NCBI RefSeq assembly: GCF_006345805.1 | Contig: NC_042998.1 | Span: forward strand, 143,158,001 to 143,222,000 | DNA length: 64,000 nucleotides | DNA from: Octopus sinensis | Taxonomy: Eukaryota | Direction of reading: 5' to 3' | Shown: positions 13,701 through 25,700 of the stretch, one piece after another | Layout: each line of letters opens with the position of its first letter | Position numbering within the stretch: position 1 is the first letter of the stretch | Program-made: the position numbers and the translations under genes | Notes under the pieces: generated by a model | Told to the model about the DNA's origin: nothing | Databases searched by the model: none | What the model saw: the letters and a program-made list of their open reading frames with translations, nothing else

Positions 13701-16700
13701 CTTCATAGCTCAAGGGTCCACAATCACTCCTATCCTCTTTTCTAAACTGTATGTAGTCATGTAGTTCCTCTACAGTAAGAAACCCACCCTACTCTGGCTC
13801 CTTCTTTCACACTTTAATCCCTCATCTCCTAGTATAAATCTGTTCCTTCAGGATCAGGATTCATAGTTTTGAAAGCTGCAGGGTGACCTAGTCAAGTGCT
13901 GGTGGCACGAAAAAGCACCCAGTACACACAGTAAAGTGGTTGGTGTTAGGAAGGTCAACCAGCTGTAGAAACCATGTCAAAACCTACATCATCCTCATCA
14001 ATTAACATCCGTTGTCCATGCTGGCATGGGTTGGACAGTGTAGCCAGAGTGGGTGGGGGGGGGCTGCACCAGAGTCCAGTATGATTTGGCATGGCTTCTA
14101 CAGCTAGATGCCCTTCCTCATGCCCAATCACTAGAGTGCACTGGGTGCTTTTACATGGCGCCACACAATGTGGCCCTTGGACCCATCAGAACCTATGAAA
14201 TGGTTCATCCTATACCACTATAGAACACAGTCATTAAATTACAAATTATTATATAAGTACACTAATTTACAGAGATTTAAGGTTTGGATGACAGAATCAT
14301 AGAAATGTCTTCATAGTGCTCTGAAATTTTGCCATTATATCAACTATAAAATAACACTGATCTAATTCCTCTTTCAGTCAATAACCCAAAATATCTACAA
14401 CAAGGTGATGCAGCAACTTCTGTTCTTGGCAACAGGATTTTTTATAAGTCCTTTGTTGTACTTGAAGGATCCAACAGTCAACATGAGATATGGTTTAAAA
14501 GGCACCAGATTTTTTTTTTAATCAATATTAATTAACAAGATTCTAAGAGAATCTCAAAAGAAATCTTGTCAACAAACAAAATTTTAGAGTCATCCACATG
14601 TGAAATTCATTTCTCAGCCTATTCTAAGACAACAAATCCACCTGATAAATCTACCATCTGATTTTGTTATATAATCCATATTTTTTCCGTGTGTGTGTAG
14701 TTTATTTGTTTAATGTTGGTGTTCTGTGGTAGCATGACTCTCACTCTCTCTCTCTGAAACTACAGAATTACACAACCCATGCTAGAATTTGACAAATGTC
14801 CATTCATTTTCACCACCCACTATTCCTTGGAAGCTCATGGGGATTTGAGTCCTGGGTTCTTCCTCCAAAGAGTCCTATCAGAAGCAAGTGTCATTACATG
14901 ACAATCTAAACCCATATGGTTGACATATATAAGAACAAAGCTCTTTTTCTAACAGTATTATTGGCATTAACTGTTCCATATTACTAATCTCCTTTTTATT
15001 GACCTAAACATTATCGTGAACTGTCCTATATCACTGTAAATGAAACACCAAAGGATACCGATGAATATAGAAAAAGAGAAAGCAATCTTGAAAAATTGGT
15101 TGACTTACTTCTTGGATGGCAGCAGACTTACTGCCCATTATTAGACGACACATGACGATGTGTTCAAGCAGCATCAGTTGGAATGATGATAAGAGTGGAT
15201 GGGCGTCCAGCACTGAAGAGGCAAAAAAAAGAAGGCTTTTAAAATATAAATAGGCCGGAAAATATGTTGCATTCAGAATCTTAGGTACATTAAAAAACAT
15301 CAGAAGGATTAGAGCCTAACAGAGGGAACAGCTCAAAATAAGTATTTCTTCCATGTAGCTTTTACAGTGCATAAAGGTTGTGCAGGGTGAATTGACTCCA
15401 GCTTTAATGCAGTTAATATTTTAAATGAGGTCTGAGAATTTAGTAGTTGAAAGAAGAAATGGTGACTGAACAGTAACAGGGGGCTGTATGGATTGAAATG
15501 TGATTAAAGAGTTGTGCCCAGTGAAAAATGCAAAACTGAACTTCAGGTAGCGAAGGGACGAAACTCTTCCTCTACTAATTTTTTTTTTTTTTTCAGGCAG
15601 AATTATGTCTGCGAGGTGTGGCTGAACAAGTCAGTTGGTCTGAGGTGTACAACCAAGTTATCCACCCCGCCCATCTTCTGTTGCTTGCCCCACCACTCCA
15701 TTTTTTCTCTTTTTTTGTCTCCTTGATGAGATAGTTCAGAGAGCAGAGTCTCGATAACTTCATCTTTTATTCTTTTTTTTTATTTCTTTTCTTGTCAAAA
15801 TATGTTGCTAATATATAAATGTATCCAATTAACAAAAAAAAATTATCAACATAGGCACTGGCCTGGCTGTGGTAGGAAGCTTGCTTCCCAACCACATGGT
15901 TCCAGGTTCAGTCCCACTGCTCAGCACCTTAGGCAAGTGTCTTCTACTATACCACTGTGCTTACCAAAGCCTTGTGAGTGGATTTGGTAGACAGAAAGTA
16001 ACCCATCATGTGTGTGTATGTGTGTGACCATAGCTTGATAACTGGTGTTGGTGTATTTACATCCTCAAAACTTAGCAGTTCAGCAAAATGAGACTGGTAG
16101 AATAAGTACCAGGCTCAAAAAACGAAAGTCCTGGGGTCGATTTATTCAAGTAAAACTCAAGGTGGCAGTCACATGACAGAAATAAGTAAAAGATAAAAGA
16201 TTGATTCACAGCAATCAAAACTTTTGTAAACATTAGCAAGAAAATAATTTTTCTTTCCCCACACTCCCCCACATCAAAATCGCAAATATCTACAGTCATT
16301 CTTGCGCATACAAAAATATAAAATGCAAAATAATGAAAACATAATTACTTTTTAATTTTTCAATCTGCATGAGAGCTTTGTCAGTATATTTTTGTGCTTT
16401 GTCCATGTAGCCCGCCTGCATGGAATGCATCACTGTAACCTGTAGAAGGAAGAGGGTAGCAACAGTGATGTTAGATACATACAGTGTTGATTTACCTATT
16501 GTTTGATCATGCCAGCATGGAAAGCAGATGTTAAATGAGGATGATGATATATTAGTTAATGTCAAGTATTTTGAATTAAAGTAATAGGGCTTAAGACAGT
16601 CATATATATGTGAAGGGGGTTAGGGTTTTGGTCTCATGATCATCATCATGTCATGGGTTCAATTCCTGAACTGGGGAGCAGTGTCTTTAGGCAAGGTGTT

Positions 16701-19700
16701 TCATTTCACTGTTAGGCGACCTAAATGAATGTGTGTATGTCTCCTTATTTTGACACTGCATAATAGTTGTAAACATTTGTCACCATCATACAACTGATAC
16801 CCTTTGTTTCCAACCTTCCAATGTGAAACGTGACTAGCCATGAGGAAATACAATCTTGCCTGGAAACAGGTGAGGATTGGTGACAGGAAGGGCATCTGGG
16901 TGTAGAATATCTGCTTCAACAAACTTCATCCAACCCATGCAAGCATGGTAAAATAGACATTAAAATGATGATAATGATAATCTTTAATGGTAGATGTGCA
17001 GTCTGTAGAAGTTGCTACCAATGTAAGATCTGTTACATTTATTACAAGTTATGCAGTATACCACATAGACCTATGAATATATACATCCACATTGTTGATA
17101 GGCCAGCTGACTAACATATAATGAAACCACTGCCAGACATATTTCCTCTGGGAAGATCCAATGCGTGTCAAATGTATATTCAACCTAACTCTATGAATCA
17201 CTTGACAGCAATTTTAAAAAACAAGTGTTGTTTCAAGGAGGTAGAGAAGGCATGAACTTTCTTTGTGGGTATATTATCAAGCTGATGCCCTAGCAAAGGA
17301 TGCTGTGTAGCAGCATTCAAAATGGAACATAAAGTAAAATATGATACCACCCACCCACTTGGAGAGCAGTAACCTCCAAACAAGAACTGACTCAAGCCAT
17401 GAAAACATTTCCAACACATGCCATCATGAAAAGATGTAAAATGATCATGATGAAGATGACAATTATGATGATGATGATGATGATGATGATGATGTTGGTG
17501 GTGTCAATGGTGCTTTTGTACTCAATAAAATCATTGTTTGTTATAGTCAAGAAATATAGTCAATATTTCATACACAATGCTAAACAAATATTGAACCGAT
17601 AATGAATGATCAATACCTGAAATTGATTGATTTAGATGATATAATGAATTTTTAATGAAACTTTAGACCAATGTAATCAATGATTAATACAACTTTAATC
17701 AATAACCAATATCTAAATATCATTTCAGAATAAAAAAAAATCTAAATGATTTGAGTTCAAGTCAGTATATGGGTATTAAATAAAATTCTCAGTCATACTC
17801 ACAAGATAAACTAAGACACACATATGTTCTTTGGGTAACCATTGGAACTGGTCTATCTGGTTGCTAGAAAGTGGTTCTGAAAAAAATCAGGAAATGCATC
17901 ATCAATAAAACTTGCAACACAGTTCTATATACATATGAAACAAAAGAGAGAAATTCTTGTCTGATATTGAATTTTCTTTTTCTGTTTTTAATAGACAAAC
18001 TTTGCAGTCAATTTAAATATATTTACAACACATTGACCTGAGAAAAGGGTAGTTTCAGTGCAATCTGCCACCAAGAAAAATTCTTGCTAGAGGACAAAAA
18101 TGTTAAAACATCAAAGTGATTTTATAGCACCCCCTATTGGGGTCTTCTATAACCCCAGACTGACTGACTGACCAAAGCTTTGTGAGTGGATCTGGTAGTC
18201 AAAAACTACAAGAAGCCCATCATGTGTATGTGTAAATATAAATAAGTGTTTCGGATAACTCCCACCTGTTTCCTCTTGAAGCACATCTGCTTATTCCATT
18301 ATCATAATCAATATGCATCCATTCATAGTCAGTGTTGTATGTAGATCAAAACACATTAAAATTGAGAATTATGGAAATATTATTTGCAGAGTTGCTGAAT
18401 AACAAAACAAGAAAATGGAAATTTTTTGGTACATGTGTAATAGAGATAAAATAATACCAAAGAACTTCATTTTTCTGTTTTGTGTGTGTATATATATAGG
18501 CTTAGAGGTTAGGATACTCAGCTCACAAACATGAGGTCGTGAGTTTAATTCTTGGCAATGCATTGGGTCCTTCAGCAAGACACTTCATTTCATGTTGCTT
18601 CAGTCCACTCAGCTGGCAAAAATGATTAGTATTTGTATTTCAAAGGGCCAGCCCTGTCACATTCTGTATCATGCTGAAGCTTCTTTAGAATTATGTAGTA
18701 ACTGACAAACTGTCAGTTAATTATATATATATATACATATATATAACATTAATAATAAGGAGAATGGAACCTAACTGAGAGCAAACATGGTATCTGCTTA
18801 TATATATATTGGGTCATCCTAATATTTTATTTTTCAAAATTAAGATAAAGTTCTTTTTTAATCTAAAACATACTCTCCCTCATTTTCTACAATACTCTTC
18901 CACCTATCTGGTAGACTTACTTGCAAGGCCTCTCTTCAAAAGTCCACTTGTCCATGACAAAAAATACTCTTCTAGTGCTGTTCTGACCTTGTCTACAGAA
19001 TTCATATTTTTTCTGTCCAAATGATTTTGAGGATTGCAGAATAAATGATAATCAGATGGGGCAATATCCAGGTAGGGTATCGTTTCCCATTCGAACTGCT
19101 CCAGCCTTTGGAATGTTATTCTTGCTATATGTAGCCAAGCATTATCCTGATGGAAGAACATCTTTTGTTTTGAAACCAACGATAGCTGTTTTTCTTCTCG
19201 CGCCAACTTGAGCCACTCAAGCTGCTAGAAGTAGATCTCCTTTGTAATCATTTGGTTTGGGTTTAAATGTTCAAATTGGACTAAATTTTTCATATCCTAC
19301 CAAACAGATAACAACTTACATGGATGAAGACTTTCTTTAGCCAGGGGTGCCACTGTTTCTCCTTTCCCTAACCACTGTCATTGGCGCTTGACATTTTTAG
19401 AGAACCCATTTCTCTTCACCAATCACTATTCAGTTGAAAAAAGAGTACACATTCACTCGATGCACATGATTAGACTCGGAAAGTTTGTGAGGAACCCATT
19501 GACCCAATTTGCTGACTTTTCCGATGGTATGCATGGAAAAGTAGACATTAAACAAGGATGAAAATGACATATGATCAATGGATTAGACTCATCAATGGTA
19601 TCTTATGATAATAAAAGAACACTGGATTTTAAATATAGAGTCATGTCTAACTAGTTTAATGTCTTTAGTTTTATTAATTATCTTTCAATTTTAAATAAAA

Positions 19701-22700
19701 AAAATTTTTTTTTTCAGCTTACCATCATCTGAATGTAACTGGGTAACTGTTTGTATACTCTGTTGTAACTGTTTTAAACATGGTTTTACACTTTTTACCT
19801 GAAAGACAACAAAAAACAAACAAATAACTGATTTGGCATTAAATTAACTGATTTCTGATACTGAAATAAGAATTAATTAATAATTAACAGGAGATATTAA
19901 CCCTTTCATCATTGTATTTCTACTGAAGTACACTTCCTTCATTTGAAAATAATGAAAAATTTAGTGAAATAACTCAGTCGTTATTAGACTGGTATTTAGA
20001 GTACAAATTAACATGTAATTTTGATGGAAAGCTTTTAATTTAGATCACTTTAAAACAGGAAGTTTGTATCATAGAGCCAGAGGCATTCATTCTCAGGTGA
20101 GTTGATATCAAAAGAGCCAAGAGAATTAAAAATTTAATTAAAACAAACATTAGATTATGCTCCATTCTGCTGATATACATTTTTGTTTTTGGAAAAGTAT
20201 CTGCATATAATATAATTCAATATAAAAGTTGGTTGATTTATTTTTCCAGTCACATTTTACATCATATAGAGAGGGAGTGAGAGAAATGGGCAAGTGCATA
20301 AACTAGACTTGATGCAGGAGGAGGAGAGGGAATAAATCATAGTAATTATGGGAGGAGTTATGCAAATGAGAAATTTGGTTTATTTAAATTTATTTTAGTG
20401 ATACATAATTTGATTTAGAAAATTAGTATTCATTTCCTCATTTTGTATAAGCATCAAGTAACACAATAAAAGATGAATTATAATTATTATATGTATGTCA
20501 TGTGAAGGCACATGGCTCAGTGGTTAGAGCGTTGAGCTTACAATCATGAGGTAGTGAGTTCAATTCCTGGACCAGGCTGCGTGTTGTGTTCTTGAGCAAG
20601 ACACTTTATTTCACGTTGCTCCAGTTAACTCAGCTGTGGAAATGAGTTGTGACATCACTGGTGCCAAGCTGTATCGGCCTTTGCCTTTCCCTTGGATAAC
20701 ATCAGTGGTGTGGAGAGAGGAGGCTGGTATGCATTGGCGACTGCTGGCCTTCCATAAACAGCCTTGCCCGGACTTGTACCTCGGAGGGTAACTTTCTAGG
20801 TGCAATCCCATGGTCATTCATGACCAAAGGGGGTCTCCCATGTATGTCATATTTACTGCTATTACTCACTGTAGCAAAAATATACTTCAAAGTTACTCAT
20901 CATATAATAGTTAAACACTTTAGTAGTAAAATAATTCTAAGACTTTTATCTTTGTGTTCCAATCATTGGACTGCAACCATTCTGGGGCACCACCCTGAAG
21001 GGTTTAGACTAATAAAACCATATGGTTGCAAAGTGAACTTCTTAACCACACAGCTACCTCTGTGCCAATGGCTACCACCTACATCTATGCTCACACCTGT
21101 GCCTTGACAAGTAAAGAATATATCACAACCAACAGACAATTCCAATAAATATCTTACTTAGAAGAATGAAATATATCAATAACAAAGGAAATGACACATC
21201 ATCATCATCATTTAGCATTTGTTTTCCATACTGGCATAGGTAAGATGGTTTGACTGGGGCTGGTAAACCAGAGAGCTGCACCAGGCTCCATCTGTTTTGG
21301 TTTGGTTTCTACAGCTGGTTACCCTTCCTAATGCCAACCATTCCACAGAGTGTACTGGCTATCTTTATTGTGTCACCAGCACAGGTGCCCTTCGCATGTC
21401 ACTGGCACAGGTGCCTTGCGCATGTCACCAGCAATGGTCACAGCTACAATTTCACTTAGCTTGACACATTTAGATTTAAAAGTTGAATGATGAAAATTAA
21501 AAGTTTGAATGACAAAGGTCAAAAAGTAAAAAGGAAAAAACAATATATTATATACACACCTGCCCAGCCATTAAATAGTGACAAACTTGAAGAACTAAGA
21601 AAAATACATTAAGAGATTCTTTTTGAGTTGGTGATCCTTGATAACGTTCAATTAAAGCACCGGCCATTGAAAGAACCTCCTTCACCTCAGGCATCTTTTT
21701 ATCAACTAATAGTAACTAGAAATAAAGAAACAAGAAAATCAAACAGGCACAAATAATTAATAAAGACAGACAAAATAAAATTTAAAAACTAACACTAACA
21801 TTAATCCAACTTGAAATTCAACATTAAATCATATCTGTTATCCCCTCTCTATATATGCTATGCATAAGGGCATCAAAGATCATGAACATCCATGCCCAAG
21901 TATTAAGATTTATGATTTTTCTTGGGAACGATACAAAAGTGATTTTTCTGTTTACCTTATGCTTGTTCAGTTAAAGTTTACTGTTAGTCTCCTGCTCTCT
22001 TGAACTTATCCCTTAACCCTTTAGTATTTAATCTGGCCATACCCAGCCCAAATCTGTTTTTTTGTTAAAACTGACCAGAACCAACCTCTCATACCTACCC
22101 TACAATGTCATTCTAAAAATATACAAACACCTTGAAGCTACAAAATAATGCAAGATTAATTCAAAGCAATGTGAATAAATAAGCAATACATTTGGCAAAA
22201 AAATCTGAACGCGAAAAGATTAAGTACAGTTTAAGCTTTAACTCTTAGGCAAGGAGACTGATTCATGTAACAGCAGAGCATATCCCATATACTGGTGGCC
22301 CTGTGTAATACATGTATAAAGGCTAGTGCTCCTCCAAATCCTTTATGCATTACCCACTGGACATTTCCAAAGATGAGTAAAAGATTTGTTAATGGAAGGC
22401 CTACAAATAAACCACATTGCAACAATCTGGGACTAAAAATATTCAGAGGAGAGCAAAAAAAAAATAAACTACAGGTGGAGTAAGAAGCATTAACTTTGCA
22501 ATGAGATGGAACTTACCATTCCTTTACTGAGTAGAAACAATAGGCGTAGGTAATCAGACTTGGCTGACAAAGCAAAATCGGAACCAACACCCAATAACTG
22601 GCATGCAGACACATAGTCTCGTTCAGAGGCATGGATTTGCTGATCAAAGGGAAAAAAAAATAAAATAAAAATAAAAACAAATTCTATTTAAAACAATGCA

Positions 22701-25700
22701 ATAAACAAAATTATTCCAAATAAAATGGTCAATTTAACTGAGATCTAGTTGCAGAGATGTTCAGATTTATCAATTTATAGGCAGAGGCTTTAATTACTAA
22801 TTTAACTAAAAGTATACATATAAAAAATATGAGAGATCACTATATGGATCCCTTGTATGTATACACACAGGTGCAGTGATGCAAACAGAATAAATAGAAT
22901 TCAAAATATGAGTAAATTAATATCTTCATTGATATTCAAGGGACGAGAGTTTCGGACATTGGCACTTATCAAACTAGTTTGATAAGTGCCAACACACAAA
23001 ACTTTCAGCCTTGATAAGTGCCAATGCACAAAACTCTTGGTCCTTGAGTCACTCTATTACTTCTGCTATATATATATATATATATAAAAACCTTTCTTTT
23101 TAGTTGGCATGTAAATAATAGACAACTTAGTGTGCTATAAACTTCCTGTTCAATCAAATCAACAAATAAATTCCAGTTGGAACCACTTCATTTTATTTCC
23201 ACTACTTATGTCCTTGACAAAGGCACAAACATTACAATGTACATTTCTATTTCCCCAAAATTTCTGGTCTCATTATCTATGGCAGAAACTAATATTAATG
23301 CCGCAATTATATTATTGTTTCTACTCCTGGGAATTTTATCCTCATTAATAGAATAGTGGAACTGAAGAAAAGGCAGAGATTTAGAGTATTCAGAACAAGC
23401 CTTGTACTTTCACCATATTTTTCATCATTGATACAATAAGCACCAAATAAGTACTGGGATTGATTTAATGACTAAACTGCCCCTTATAATGTGTCGCCTT
23501 GTGCCTATGTCAGTAATCTATTATTATTATAAGTGAGCTAACATTTAAGGTGATGAGCTGGCAGAATCGTTAGCATGCTGGCCAAAATGCTTAGCATTTC
23601 GTTCATCTTTACATTCTAAATCCAAATTCTGCAGAGATCAACTTTGCTTTTTATCCTTTCAGGGTTGCTAAATTAAGTACCAGTCAAGCACTGGGGTTGA
23701 TGCAATCAACTACAACCCTTACCCACATATTTCAGCCTTTGTGCTCATAGTAGAAAGGATTATTGTTAAGATAGTAAACTGACAGAATGTTAGCACATCA
23801 AACAAAATGCTTAGCATTTCTTCTGGTCCTTTATTGGCAAAGTGCCAAAGGTCACGATCACCTGAAGCAATAATAACCTTTGGTTAGCTGCTGTATCTGA
23901 GTTCATTTGTTACATTGTTTGTTTTTCCATAACATGGCTTGGACAGAAATTGATTTTGAGGCAGGATTTTAGTCAGATGCCCTTTTTATTACCAATTCTC
24001 ACCTGTTCGTTTGTTTGTTTGTTTTTTAAAGGGAATTTTTTATTTCACAGGTCTTCAAAAGCAAAGAAAAACCAATAACAGTGTCAACAAGGAGTGTAAA
24101 CATCATCAATGCACCTACATGCACATGGACAGAGACACACACATACACACACACAGTTTCCATCTATCAAATTCATTCAGAAGGCATTATTCAATACAAA
24201 TCTATCCAACATAAGAAGCAATACTTACTGCAAGATGGAAAAGTAGTCGACAATGCCAATAGGGAGCTTGCTGTGACACCTCAATTGCCTTTTTCAAAAT
24301 AGGTTTAGCACGGTCTACTTGCTCCTATAAACGTTCAATAAAAACTCAAGTAAGACAAGATTATGGATCGCAAAAGAAAAAAAAAGATTTCATATATCTA
24401 ACATAGTTTGAAGAATAAGGTAAACTCAAATATTTCCTCAAAAGGATTTTTCATGACCAAAGTTCCTCGCTGAGTCGCTTTAACAAAATTTTCAATTTAG
24501 TCTATTCATCTGCCGCTTATAATTTTCAATCATTTAGATACAGAGTGCAACAAAACAAACTTCTCACATTTTATAGGTTGACAAATGTTTCAACAAATGC
24601 ATGGTGTGCACCTGGAAAAAAAACTGTAAAACAGTTGCTACATGAAGGTACCATTACCACCTGATAAACTTCACTCATAACACACCAATGGCCGTGTAAA
24701 ATATGGGAGATTTATCCACTCACACACTTCAAATCACAAATAGTCCACTCAACCTGGTTAAAAACGGGACCTTAAAATGTAGTTTTAAAAACAAAGGCAG
24801 AAGTGAGTGCTCACAACATCATTAGTAAACTTACAAACATGACATGGGGCACAAATCCTCAGACCCAACATTCAACTAGTTTAGTTCCTTATCACCACTA
24901 ACCCACATAGGTAAGATCTAACTATGTTAAGAAACTAGGTCCAGCCCTCCATGACTCCTACCTAATTTGATCAGGACACAGCCCCACCAGTTAATGGCTC
25001 AACAACCAGTATGAAGGAAGGTCAGCACCAATAACAAATTGATAGATGTTACTCTGTTTTATCAAAATCCAATTCAGAGTCACAAGACCCAAGCAGGATT
25101 TCTACACATCAAAGGCACAGAGAAATGTGTTCAACATCAACCAAACAAAATCTAAACTTTTTTTTTTTTAACTTTTAGTAATCAAATGAAAATGCATGGT
25201 CTTATGGTCAGGATGTTGCACTCACAATCACAAGATTATGGTTTTGATTCTCAGAGCAAGTAGTGCATTGTGTTCTTGAGCAAAACATTTCATTTTACAT
25301 TGCTCCAGTTCACACAGCTGTAAAGGAGTTCCAGCAACAGCTGAGAAGTTAACCCTGCAATTGACCAGTGTCCTATTCAGGGGGAAGTGTTGAAATCTTA
25401 GTCATTTATACACCAGGGAAACTGGGTTAAGCTCTGACCTTATGAGCTTTAAGTTTCATGACAGACCTAAGCCTGAATCAGAATGGAAGGCAATGTCGAT
25501 GAGCCTTTACAGAGCCTTCAAGATTGTTGGGAGGGAGTCTGTGTATCTTCAGACCAAACATCTGGCCTGAATACTTGCAAAAAGAATAAGGTCCACTAAC
25601 AGTTCCCAAGGTACGAAGTGGTGGTTTTGAAGTGAGTAACGGACAGAAGTAAACTCAATAAAATGACCAAGTCCTTGCTGTAAGAAATGGTAGCACTGTA

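Noticed and set aside
15050-15058. Perfect U12 donor motif GTATCCTTT 50 nt downstream of a U2 donor
   Set aside because: No U12 branch site at the next acceptor; an 8-mer like this is expected a few times by chance in 64 kb (another occurs on the + strand near 48430).
20503-20575. tRNA gene
   Set aside because: A/B boxes are present but continue into a SINE body; no complete cloverleaf or terminator.
24600-25140. Higher-complexity non-SINE stretch (also 51540-51970) as possible coding or LINE remnant
   Set aside because: No open frame or motif I can recognise; left unassigned.
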